A DNA stretch of 64,000 nt, taken from assembly GCA_947629235.1 (NCBI GenBank), contig CANRCX010000004.1, positions 13,191 to 77,190 of the forward strand. Direction: 5' to 3'. This document shows positions 34,947 to 44,247 of this stretch, in pieces (within the stretch, counting starts at the first letter, position 1; each line of letters starts with the position of its first letter). The notes under the pieces are model-generated. The model searched no databases. It saw only the letters and a list, made by a program, of their open reading frames with translations, and had not been told where the DNA came from. This DNA is from an uncultured Bacilli bacterium (lineage in GTDB: Bacteria; Bacillota_I; Bacilli_A; RF39; UBA660). The position numbers were made by a program, and so were the translations under genes.

Positions 34947-35059
34947 ATTATCAAACCTCCTTTCTAAAAAAAGAAGGTAGACACTTTAGCACTAAATATT
35001 CCTTAATATTAATTATAAATGATAATTTATACTAAGTAAAGTAAAACTATACATTTTTA

Positions 35060-35089
35060 TTGACAAAAATACATTAATAATGATATTAT
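35060..35089 (+). promoter_or_regulatory. sigma-A promoter, repeat copy 2 of the sRNA promoter
   Basis: TTGACA (35060-65), an 18-nt spacer, then TATTAT (35084-89). About 120 nt around it are homologous to 34690-34840. Confidence 0.5.
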
Positions 35090-35095
35090 GAATAT

Positions 35096-35249
35096 ATCAA
35101 GGATACCTTGATATAAAATGTCTACCTAAAATTGGAATAGACATTTAGTCTTTAATTATGATATGAGCCCTGTTTCTTGAATAAAAAAGGAATGGGGCTT
35201 ATATCATTATGTACTATTTATTATGAAGTCTTCTACAAGACTATTTTTT
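35096..35249 (+). ncRNA. orphan sRNA paralog or 5' leader of the lipoprotein-MBOAT-DHHW operon
   Basis: Hairpins are ATCAAGG/CCTTGAT, AAATGTCTA/TAGACATTT and ATGATATGAGCCC/GGGGCTTATATCAT, with a terminator-like AGTCTT(35227-32)/AAGACT(35237-42) + ATTTTTT. It ends 75 nt before the ATG at 35324. Confidence 0.3.
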
Positions 35250-35323
35250 ACTTTTAAAAACAATTGATTAATTTTTGAATATATAGTAAACTTTAAATAT
35301 AAGGAAAGTAAAGGAGAAAAATT

Positions 35324-35791
35324 ATGAAAAAATTTAAAAAACTAGTGCTTTTATCATTTGCTTGTTTAATGGTTTTAACTTTAAGTGCATGTGGTAGTAA
35401 AAATGTAGAAGAAAGTTTAGATGAAATAGTTAATAAGTTAACTGCTGGTGTAGATGATGAAATGAAATCTAGATTAGAAAATCGTGAAATCACAGCTGAA
35501 AATATTAATCAATTTGTAGGAACTAGTGACATTAAATTTACAGAAGGACTTGCACAAGAACATATGACAGGTTCTGTTGCATATTCAGTAGTTTTATTAA
35601 GAGTAGAAGATAGTGATGTTGAAAGTGTTAAAACTAAAATTAAAGAAAATATAGATCCTAGAAAATGGATTTGTGTTGGAGTGGAGCCAGAGAATGTTAT
35701 TATTAAAAATAAAGGTAATTTAATAATTGCAATAGTGGTTGAAAACGAAGAATATAGAAATTCTATTTCAAAAGCGTTTGATAATTTATAA
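35324..35791 (+). CDS. lipoprotein (DUF4358-like)
   Basis: The lipobox is LTLSACGS. Small lipoproteins of this type commonly precede MBOAT + DHHW gene pairs in Clostridia. The family name is from memory. Confidence 0.6.
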   Translation: MKKFKKLVLLSFACLMVLTLSACGSKNVEESLDEIVNKLTAGVDDEMKSRLENREITAENINQFVGTSDIKFTEGLAQEHMTGSVAYSVVLLRVEDSDVESVKTKIKENIDPRKWICVGVEPENVIIKNKGNLIIAIVVENEEYRNSISKAFDNL

Positions 35792-35823
35792 GAGTTTTAA
35801 AACTCTTTTTTTAGGAGAAATTT

Positions 35824-37203
35824 ATGATATTTTCTAGTATAACATTTATATATTATTTTTTACCAATTTTATTACTAATATATTTTATAGTATCAAGTAA
35901 ATACAAAAATCTAGTATTACTATTTTTTAGTTTATTATTTTATTTTTTAGGAGAGCCTAAATATATAATAATATTAATACTATCTTGTATTATTAATTAT
36001 TATATAAGTAAACTAATAGAAAAAAGAAAACACAAAAAATTATATTTAATTATCGGACTTACTTATAACATATTACAATTATTAATATTTAAATATACTG
36101 ATTTTTTCATATCAAATATAAATACAATATTTAAAACAAATTTTAGTTATTTATATTTAGTAATGCCTATAGGAATAAGTTTTTTTACATTTCAAGCAAT
36201 TAGTTATATAGTAGATGTGTATAATAAAAAACATAAAAGTGCAGATACTTTAATTACATTTATGACTTATTTATGCTTATTTCCACAGTTGATTGCAGGA
36301 CCAATAGTAAGATATAGTAATGTAGAAAAAGAATTAAAAAGTAGAACTCATACATTTGATAAAACAAGTGAAGGAATTAAAAGATTTATAATAGGTTTAT
36401 CTAAAAAAGTATTACTTGCTAATGTATTAGGTGAATTTTCAAAATCAATAATTACTGAAACAGTAGTATCTTCTTGGTTAAAACCAATTAGTTTTACACT
36501 ACAAATATATTTTGATTTTAGTGGATACTCAGATATGGCAATTGGACTTGGATTAATATTTGGATTTAGATTCTTAGAAAACTTTAATTACCCATTAATA
36601 GCATCTTCAATCACAGATTTTTGGAGAAGATGGCATATATCACTATCATCTTGGTTTAGAGATTATGTATATATACCATTAGGAGGAAATAGAGTAAGTA
36701 AATTAAAATGGATAAGAAATATATTTATAGTATGGTTTTTAACAGGATTTTGGCATGGAGATAGTTGGAATTTTATAATATGGGGACTTTATTTTGGAGT
36801 ATTACTAATAATTGAAAAATTATTCTTAGGTAAACATTTAGAAAAAACTAAAATATTCAAATATATTTACACAAGTATTATAGTTATAATTAGTTTTCTA
36901 ATATTTAATTCAAATAGTGTAAGTGAAATATTTATAAGTTTAAAAAATATGTTTTTCCTAAATAATATTCCATTTATTAATAATGAAACAATATATTATT
37001 TAAAAAGTTATTTAATCATATTTATAATATCTATATTTTCAGCAACACCATTACTTAAAAACATAATAAAGAAACTTTCAAATACTAAATTTAAAAACAT
37101 TATAAATATTTTAGAAGTAATAACATTAATAACTTTACTTACTATAACTACTGCATTTTTAATAGATGAATCATTTAATCCATTTTTATATTTTATATTT
37201 TAA
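35824..37203 (+). CDS. MBOAT-family membrane O-acyltransferase (AlgI/DltB-like)
   Basis: 459 aa and polytopic, with FWRRWHISLSSWFRDYVYIPLGGNR and WHG. Confidence 0.85.
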   Translation: MIFSSITFIYYFLPILLLIYFIVSSKYKNLVLLFFSLLFYFLGEPKYIIILILSCIINYYISKLIEKRKHKKLYLIIGLTYNILQLLIFKYTDFFISNINTIFKTNFSYLYLVMPIGISFFTFQAISYIVDVYNKKHKSADTLITFMTYLCLFPQLIAGPIVRYSNVEKELKSRTHTFDKTSEGIKRFIIGLSKKVLLANVLGEFSKSIITETVVSSWLKPISFTLQIYFDFSGYSDMAIGLGLIFGFRFLENFNYPLIASSITDFWRRWHISLSSWFRDYVYIPLGGNRVSKLKWIRNIFIVWFLTGFWHGDSWNFIIWGLYFGVLLIIEKLFLGKHLEKTKIFKYIYTSIIVIISFLIFNSNSVSEIFISLKNMFFLNNIPFINNETIYYLKSYLIIFIISIFSATPLLKNIIKKLSNTKFKNIINILEVITLITLLTITTAFLIDESFNPFLYFIF

Positions 37204-37212
37204 GGAGAACTT

Positions 37213-38277
37213 ATGAAAAATAAAATTATAACAATTATATTTATAATTTATATATTTACTTTTTCAATACTTGGAATAGTTTTAAAAGATGAACTTATTA
37301 GTAAAAGTGAAAGAAGAAAATTAAAAACATTTCCAGAATTTACTTTTACAAGTGAATATATTACTAATTTAGATAAATACTTTTTAGATCATTTTCCATA
37401 TAGAGATAATTTTAGAAGTTTAAAAGCAAATTTAAATTATAAAATATTTAGAAAATTAGATAATAATAGTATTTATTTAAAAGATAATTATATATTTAAA
37501 TCAAACTATCCAACAAACATGGATTCAATAAAATATTTTATAGATAAAACAAATGAAGTAAAAGATAAATTTAGTGAAAATAATAATGTTTATATGTTAA
37601 TTATTCCTGATAAAAATTATTATTTAAAAGATAAAGATTTCTTACAAATAGATTATGATTATATTTATAATGAAATAAATAAATTAAATATTAATAACAT
37701 TGATATTAGAAATATAATGAATTTAAATGATTATTATGAAACAGATACCCATTGGAAACAAGAAAATTTAGATAAAGTAGTAAAAGAAATTACAAATAAA
37801 ATGAATTTATCTTATGAAAATATTAATTATAAAAAGAATACTTTTAATAATTTTTATGGTGTTTATTATGGAGAGTCAGCAATTAATAGAAGTCCTGAGA
37901 GTCTTACATATTTAACTAATGAAACTATTGATAATTCAAATGTATATTATTTAGAAAATGATACTTTAAATAAAGTTTATAACAAAGATAAATTAAATAA
38001 TTTAGATAGTTATGATGTTTATTTAGATGGCGCTAGTGCTTATATTGAAATATATAATGAAAATGCAAGTAGTGATAGAGAACTTATAATATTTAGAGAT
38101 TCATTTGGAAGTAGTTTAACACCACTTCTAATTAATTATTATAAAAAGATTACTATTATTGATAATAGATATATAAATAGTGATAATTATTTAAATTATG
38201 TTAATTTTACTAATCAAGATATATTATTTTTATATAGTACACTTATAGTAAATAATAGTTATACATTAAAAGGATAG
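37213..38277 (+). CDS. DHHW-family (AlgX/AlgJ-like SGNH) protein
   Basis: N-terminal TM segment, YYETDTHWKQEN (the D-x-H-W motif, here DTHW) and FRDSFGSSL. It lies directly after the MBOAT gene. Confidence 0.65.
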   Translation: MKNKIITIIFIIYIFTFSILGIVLKDELISKSERRKLKTFPEFTFTSEYITNLDKYFLDHFPYRDNFRSLKANLNYKIFRKLDNNSIYLKDNYIFKSNYPTNMDSIKYFIDKTNEVKDKFSENNNVYMLIIPDKNYYLKDKDFLQIDYDYIYNEINKLNINNIDIRNIMNLNDYYETDTHWKQENLDKVVKEITNKMNLSYENINYKKNTFNNFYGVYYGESAINRSPESLTYLTNETIDNSNVYYLENDTLNKVYNKDKLNNLDSYDVYLDGASAYIEIYNENASSDRELIIFRDSFGSSLTPLLINYYKKITIIDNRYINSDNYLNYVNFTNQDILFLYSTLIVNNSYTLKG

Positions 38278-38372
38278 TAATATAAATGTTAAAATTAATA
38301 TTAATGATTGATAAAAATTTAAAAAAGATATAAAATTTAATTAGAGAATTATAAGAAAGGAAATTTAATATT

Positions 38373-38825
38373 ATGAAAAAGTTAGTTGTTTATTTTTCAG
38401 CAAGTGGAGTTACTAAGAAAGTAGCAGAAAGTTTAAAAGAAAAAATTAATGCAGATATTTTTGAAATAAAACCAGTAAATGAATATACTACTGAAGACTT
38501 AGATTGGACAAATGGAAGTAGTAGATGTTCTATTGAAACTAAAGATAAAACTAGTAGACCAGAAATTAAAGAAAAACTAGATTCAATTAAAGAATATGAT
38601 ACTATTTATATAGGATTTCCTATTTGGTGGTATGTGTGTCCACATATTATAAATACTTTTATAGAAAGTTATGATTTTACTAAAAAAACTGTTAGAGTAT
38701 TTTGTACATCAGGATCTAGTGGAATAGATGAAGCACTTGATGATTTAAGAAAAACATATCCAAATATTAATTTTAAGGATGGTAGAAGAATAGGCAGAAT
38801 AGAAGAATTAGATACTTGGATTTAG
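38373..38825 (+). CDS. flavodoxin-like protein
   Basis: MKKLVVYFSASGVTKKVAE (FMN phosphate loop), IYIGFPIWW and FCTSGSSG. Confidence 0.7.
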   Translation: MKKLVVYFSASGVTKKVAESLKEKINADIFEIKPVNEYTTEDLDWTNGSSRCSIETKDKTSRPEIKEKLDSIKEYDTIYIGFPIWWYVCPHIINTFIESYDFTKKTVRVFCTSGSSGIDEALDDLRKTYPNINFKDGRRIGRIEELDTWI

Positions 38826-38829
38826 GTAG

Positions 38830-39513
38830 GTGATTATATTGAAAAAAACTTTCATAGAAATTTGTGCATTTATTTTAGTACTTATTTTAGTAATTAGTGT
38901 AATAACAATTGTAAATGATAAAAAAAGTACTAATGAAAATGAAGCTAAAGATGTATTAGATGATGCTGAAAACAACTCAAATTTACCTGCTACAAATAAT
39001 AAAATATTAGTTGCATATTTCTCAAGACCAGGTGGTAACTATAATGTAGGTAATGTTGAAATAGGTAATACTGCTTTAATGGCATCATATATAGTTGAAT
39101 ATTTAGACGCTTCATCATTTGAAATATTACCAGTTAATGCATATTCTCAAGATTATTCAACTGCTTTAGAAGAAGCAAGTAAAGAAAAAGAACAAAATGC
39201 ACGACCAGCAATTAAAAATGAACCTACTAATTTAGAAAGTTATGATACAATATTTATTGGCTATCCAATATGGCATGGAGATTTACCTATGATTATGTAT
39301 ACGTTCTTAGAAAATTATAATTTTGATGGTAAAAAGATAATACCATTTAATACCCATGAAGGATCTGGTTCTGCAGGAACATTTGAAACAATAAAAAATA
39401 AATTAATAAATTCAAATGTTAATACAAATGGACTTTCAATTAAAGGTAGTATTGCAAGAACAGAAGAAGGTAAAGAAGAAACAATAAAATGGTTAAAATC
39501 AATAGGATATTAA
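38830..39513 (+). CDS. membrane-anchored flavodoxin-like protein
   Basis: GTG start and an N-terminal TM segment. ILVAYFSRPGGNY, IFIGYPIWHG and FNTHEGSGS mark it as a paralog of the preceding gene. Confidence 0.65.
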   Translation: MIILKKTFIEICAFILVLILVISVITIVNDKKSTNENEAKDVLDDAENNSNLPATNNKILVAYFSRPGGNYNVGNVEIGNTALMASYIVEYLDASSFEILPVNAYSQDYSTALEEASKEKEQNARPAIKNEPTNLESYDTIFIGYPIWHGDLPMIMYTFLENYNFDGKKIIPFNTHEGSGSAGTFETIKNKLINSNVNTNGLSIKGSIARTEEGKEETIKWLKSIGY

Positions 39514-39514
39514 G

Positions 39515-39539
39515 TCTAGTTTATTAAAACTAGATTTTT
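39515..39539 (+). terminator. intrinsic terminator
   Basis: TCTAGTTT (39515-22) pairs with AAACTAGA (39527-34), then TTTTT. Confidence 0.7.
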
Positions 39540-39623
39540 AATTTACATAAAATTTACATATTTAATTTCAATTAAATTATCGATATGATAAAATAAACTA
39601 AGACATTAAATTGGGAGGTTATA

Positions 39624-41489
39624 ATGGATATCGATTATTTAAAGAAATTAAAATCAGAGATTAGCAAATTAAGTGATGAAGAATTAAAGAAAAGAGATTT
39701 ATATTTAAAGAAATTAGCATCAGGTGAATTACAAGGTCCACCTGTAGGATATATGAGTATAGATAAGCCATGGTTAAAATATTATGATGATAGTAGTATT
39801 ATGTTAGATTTTAAACCTATGTCTATTTATGACTTAATGCATGAATCAAATATAGGCCATGAAAATGATACAGTTATTAATTATTTTGGTAAAAAAGTTA
39901 CTTATAAAGAATTAGAAAAAAATATTGATATAGTAGCTAAAGCTTTATTAGAATTAGGTGTACAAAAAGGTGATATAGTTATGATGAATTTACCTAATAT
40001 TCCAGAAGCTGAATATGTATTTTATGCAGTAAATAAAATCGGAGCTATATTAGAACCAATTGACCCTAGAACTAATGAAGAAAATATTTTAAAAGATGTA
40101 AAAGATTCTAACGCAAAATTATTTATAAGTTTAAATATAATGAATCCAAAATTAGCAAAAGTTGAAGATGTAAAAATTGTTCCAGTATCACCATATAATT
40201 CATTACCTTTTATAATGAAAAAAATTGCTAGTTTAAAAGAAAAAAAAGGTATTGTTAATTTAGATAATCAATTAAGTTGGGATGAATTTATTAAATTAGG
40301 TAAAAATTCAAATAAAACAGTTGAGAGTGTTTTTGAACCAAATGAAACAGCAATAATAATACATACTGGTGGATCAACTGGAGTACCAAAAGGTGTTAAA
40401 TTAACAAATGAAAATTTTAATGGATTAATTTATCAATTAATGAATAATAAAATGAATTTTAGAAGAGGTAGTACTTTCTTAAATATTTTACCACCTTTTA
40501 TAGCATTAGGATTAGATAATGCTATGCATTTAGCAGCTTGCTTGGGTATTGAATCTATATTGATTCCTAGTTTTGAACCAGAAGATATACCAAAACTTGT
40601 AGATAAACATAAACCAAATGTACTTCTTTGTGGACCAATTCATTGTTTAACAATGATGAATTCAGATATAATGAAAAATAAAGATTTATCTTATTTAGAA
40701 ATATTATGTTCAGGTGGAGATAAAATGCCAAGAGAAGATCAAGAAGCATTTCAAACATTTTTAAAAGATCACAATGCAAAAGCAAATACTTGGCTTGGAT
40801 ATGGTGCTACAGAAACAAGTGCTGGAAGTTCATGTATGACAGATGAATGCTTTAGATATGAATCAGTTGGAGTACCATATTTAAAAAATGTTTTTGCAGT
40901 TTATGATACAGATACTAATGAAGAAGTATATGGACCTGATAAAATAGGAGAATTAAGAATTAATGCACCAACTTTAATGCAAGGATATTTTGGAGTAGGA
41001 GAAGAAGAAACAAATAAAGTTTTATATACAGATGAAAATGGTACTAGATGGTATTTAACAGGAGATTTATCTCATTTTGATAAAGATGGACTTGTATATA
41101 TTGATGGTAGAATAAAAAGAATTATTACTCGTAGAGGATTTAAAATATATCCTTTATATGTAGAAGAATTAATAATGAGACATCCTGCTATTAAACAATG
41201 TGCAGTTGTAGGTGTTGAAGATCCAAAAGAAATAAATATTCCAGTTGCTAATATTGTATTAAAAGATGAATATAAAGATAATGAACAAATAAAAGAAGAA
41301 GTTATAAATTATATAAATGATATAATTGAGAAGAATTTACCTGAATATTCAATGATGGCAGGATTTAATTTTTTAGATGAAATGCCACTAACACCTATTG
41401 GAAAATTAGACTTTAAAGCTTTAGAAAAAATGGGTATTATTTCTTCTAAAGAAAAACAAATGCAAAAGAGATTTGATATTTTGAAATAA
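39624..41489 (+). CDS. AMP-forming acyl-CoA synthetase/ligase family protein
   Basis: 621 aa with IIHTGGSTGVPKGV, GYGATE and TGD...DGRIKR. The N-terminal extension contains KPWLKYY. It is a paralog of 49700..51436. Confidence 0.75.
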   Translation: MDIDYLKKLKSEISKLSDEELKKRDLYLKKLASGELQGPPVGYMSIDKPWLKYYDDSSIMLDFKPMSIYDLMHESNIGHENDTVINYFGKKVTYKELEKNIDIVAKALLELGVQKGDIVMMNLPNIPEAEYVFYAVNKIGAILEPIDPRTNEENILKDVKDSNAKLFISLNIMNPKLAKVEDVKIVPVSPYNSLPFIMKKIASLKEKKGIVNLDNQLSWDEFIKLGKNSNKTVESVFEPNETAIIIHTGGSTGVPKGVKLTNENFNGLIYQLMNNKMNFRRGSTFLNILPPFIALGLDNAMHLAACLGIESILIPSFEPEDIPKLVDKHKPNVLLCGPIHCLTMMNSDIMKNKDLSYLEILCSGGDKMPREDQEAFQTFLKDHNAKANTWLGYGATETSAGSSCMTDECFRYESVGVPYLKNVFAVYDTDTNEEVYGPDKIGELRINAPTLMQGYFGVGEEETNKVLYTDENGTRWYLTGDLSHFDKDGLVYIDGRIKRIITRRGFKIYPLYVEELIMRHPAIKQCAVVGVEDPKEINIPVANIVLKDEYKDNEQIKEEVINYINDIIEKNLPEYSMMAGFNFLDEMPLTPIGKLDFKALEKMGIISSKEKQMQKRFDILK

Positions 41490-41541
41490 AAATATTAAAT
41501 TTTTTTTCTTTATATGTTATAATTAAAATAGGTGATGTAAA

Positions 41542-43782
41542 ATGCTAGTGTCAATGCTTGCAGCAATTTTTAGTTTAATATTTATTTTAATTATAACTAT
41601 ATCTTTTTATTCAAAGCAAAGAATAGATAGTTATGAAACCCAAATCTATTCTAGAATGTTAATAGTAAATACATTATTGTGCTTTTGTGATGCTCTATCT
41701 GGTATACTATTTTTAAATGGTTTTGATATTAGCTCACATTGGTATATGTTACTTACTAAATTTATATTTATATTATTTTTGCTATGGGACTTATGTATAT
41801 TTGTATATATATTATCTATATCATATAATGTTAAAAAGCAACAAGATAAAGTAAATTTCTATTTTTATTGTTTAGCATTTATGCTTTCATTATTAATGTT
41901 AATATCTCCTGTAGATATAGTAATTAAAGAAAGTGTTGTTTATCCAGAAGGATTAGCAATAGAAATTATAAGTGCACTTACAATAATATTAACTTTTTCA
42001 GTTGTTATTGTTTTAATTAAAAATATAAATAAAATTTTAAATAAGAAATTTGTTCCATTAATACTTTTATTATTATTTGGACTTATAACTTTTTATATTC
42101 AAAATATTACAGGAGTATTATTAATGACTGCTTGTCAAACAATAATTACTGTAATAATGTTTCATACAATAGAAAATCCAGATGCTAAAATGGTTAATGA
42201 ATTAGAACTAGCTAAGTCAGCTGCTGAAAAAGCAAATAGAGCAAAAACAGATTTCTTATCTAATATGTCACATGAAATAAGAACACCATTAAATGCAATA
42301 GTTGGATTTAGTCAATTTATAGAAAATGCAGAAACATTAGAAGAAGCTAAAGAAGATGCAACTGATATAATTATTGCTTCTCAAAACTTACTTGAAATAG
42401 TAAATGGAATCTTAGATATAAGTAAAATAGAAGCAGATAAAATGGAAATAGTAAGTGTTGATTATGATTTAAAAGCTATTCTTGAAAATTTAGTTAAGCT
42501 TGTAGAAACTAGAATAGGTGAAAAAGATATTGAAATAAAAACTCAATTTGCTGAAGATATACCAGAAAATTTATATGGTGATAGTGGTAAAGTTAAACAA
42601 ATTATTACAAATATATTAACTAATGCTGCTAAGTATACAGAAGAAGGTGAAATAAACTTTAATGTAAATTGTGTTAATAATGATAATAAATGTAAATTAG
42701 TAATATCTATTAGTGATACAGGAAGAGGAATTAAACAAGATCAAATAGATAAGTTATTTAATAAATTTGAACGTCTTGAAGAAGATAAAAATACAACAGT
42801 TGAAGGAACTGGTCTTGGACTTGCAATAACAAAAAGATTAGTTGAAATGATGGGTGGTAAAATTGTAGTACAAAGTGAATATGGAGAAGGTAGTACATTT
42901 ACAATTTATTTAACTCAAGAAATAAGAAAAGCAGTTCATAAAAAAGAAGAAGAAATTGCAAATATTTCTGCAAAATTCACAAATAAAAGAGCATTATTAG
43001 TTGATGATAATAGATTAAATCTTAAAGTAGGTAGAAGACTTCTTATTAGTTATGAATTAAGTGTTGATTGTGTAGAAAGTGGATTTGAAGCTATAAATAA
43101 AGTAAAGGCAAACAAATATGATATTATATTACTTGATATAATGATGCCTAAAATGGGTGGCGTTAGTACTCTTAAAAAATTAAAAGAAATAGATGGTTTT
43201 GATGTACCAGTAGTTGCATTAACAGCAGATGCAATACAAGGAAAAGCACAAAAATATTTAGAAAGTGGATTTAATGCATATTTATCAAAACCAATTGAAA
43301 ATGTTGAATTAAGTAAAGTACTAGTAAAATATTTAGGTAAAGATAAAAAAGAAGTTAGTGTTAAAAAAGTTGAAGCAAAAAAAGAAACTAGTGAAAAAAT
43401 AGAAGTTAAAAAAGAAAATAGAATTGAATATTTAAAAGAAAATGGTATAGATGTTGAAGCAGGTCTTAAATTACTTGGAAGTGTTGAATTATATAATCAA
43501 ACATTAAAAGATTTCTTAACTGAAACTAAAACAAGAATTCCAAAAATGAAAAAATTTAAAGAAAATAAAGATTGTGAAAACTATCAAATACTTGCTCATG
43601 CTATGAAAAGTGATAGTAAATATTTAGGTTTCAAAGTACTAGCTGATATGTCTTTAGAACATGAACTTAAAGGAAAAGATAATAATATTAAGTTTATTGA
43701 AGAAAATTATGATAAACTAATAGAAGAAGTTAAAAGAATTACAAATGTTATTAAAACATATTTAGAAAAGGAGGAAAAATGA
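41542..43782 (+). CDS. hybrid sensor histidine kinase (multi-TM sensor, HisKA, HATPase_c, REC, HPt)
   Basis: About 6-7 N-terminal TM segments. [11 protein letters not shown] is the H box. DTGRGI and GTGLGLAI are the G boxes. The REC domain has [14 protein letters not shown]. The C-terminal HPt is [11 protein letters not shown]. Confidence 0.9.
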   Translation: MLVSMLAAIFSLIFILIITISFYSKQRIDSYETQIYSRMLIVNTLLCFCDALSGILFLNGFDISSHWYMLLTKFIFILFLLWDLCIFVYILSISYNVKKQQDKVNFYFYCLAFMLSLLMLISPVDIVIKESVVYPEGLAIEIISALTIILTFSVVIVLIKNINKILNKKFVPLILLLLFGLITFYIQNITGVLLMTACQTIITVIMFHTIENPDAKMVNELELAKSAAEKANRAKTDFLSNMSHEIRTPLNAIVGFSQFIENAETLEEAKEDATDIIIASQNLLEIVNGILDISKIEADKMEIVSVDYDLKAILENLVKLVETRIGEKDIEIKTQFAEDIPENLYGDSGKVKQIITNILTNAAKYTEEGEINFNVNCVNNDNKCKLVISISDTGRGIKQDQIDKLFNKFERLEEDKNTTVEGTGLGLAITKRLVEMMGGKIVVQSEYGEGSTFTIYLTQEIRKAVHKKEEEIANISAKFTNKRALLVDDNRLNLKVGRRLLISYELSVDCVESGFEAINKVKANKYDIILLDIMMPKMGGVSTLKKLKEIDGFDVPVVALTADAIQGKAQKYLESGFNAYLSKPIENVELSKVLVKYLGKDKKEVSVKKVEAKKETSEKIEVKKENRIEYLKENGIDVEAGLKLLGSVELYNQTLKDFLTETKTRIPKMKKFKENKDCENYQILAHAMKSDSKYLGFKVLADMSLEHELKGKDNNIKFIEENYDKLIEEVKRITNVIKTYLEKEEK

Positions 43783-44171
43783 AAAAAGCAATATTAGTAG
43801 CAGATGATTCAATGATAATTAGAAATATTATTGAGAGCACATTAAAAGATAAGTATGAAGTATTAAAAGCAGAAAATGGAAAAGAAGCAATTGATTTTGT
43901 TACTAAAAACGAATATGATATTGTAGGTATACTCCTAGATTTAAAGATGCCAGATTATGATGGATTTGTAGTACTTGATTATTTTAAAAATAATGATTTA
44001 TTTAAAAAATATCCTGTATCTATTATATCTGGTGATGATACTAAAGATACAATAGAAAATGCATTTAAATATGATATAGTTGATATGTTAAATAAGCCAT
44101 TTGATGCTGAAAATATTATATCTATTGTAAATAAGATGATAAGTAAAAAAGAAGATTCTACTAAATGGTAG
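43779..44171 (+). CDS. single-domain response regulator (REC only)
   Basis: 130 aa with [18 protein letters not shown] and KP. An ATGA overlap links it to the kinase gene. Confidence 0.85.
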   Translation: MKKAILVADDSMIIRNIIESTLKDKYEVLKAENGKEAIDFVTKNEYDIVGILLDLKMPDYDGFVVLDYFKNNDLFKKYPVSIISGDDTKDTIENAFKYDIVDMLNKPFDAENIISIVNKMISKKEDSTKW

Positions 44172-44247
44172 AATTTTTTTTAATTTTTTTATAAAAAATA
44201 TTGAATATATAAAAAAATAGTCTTAAAATTATAATAGGTGAGAGTGT

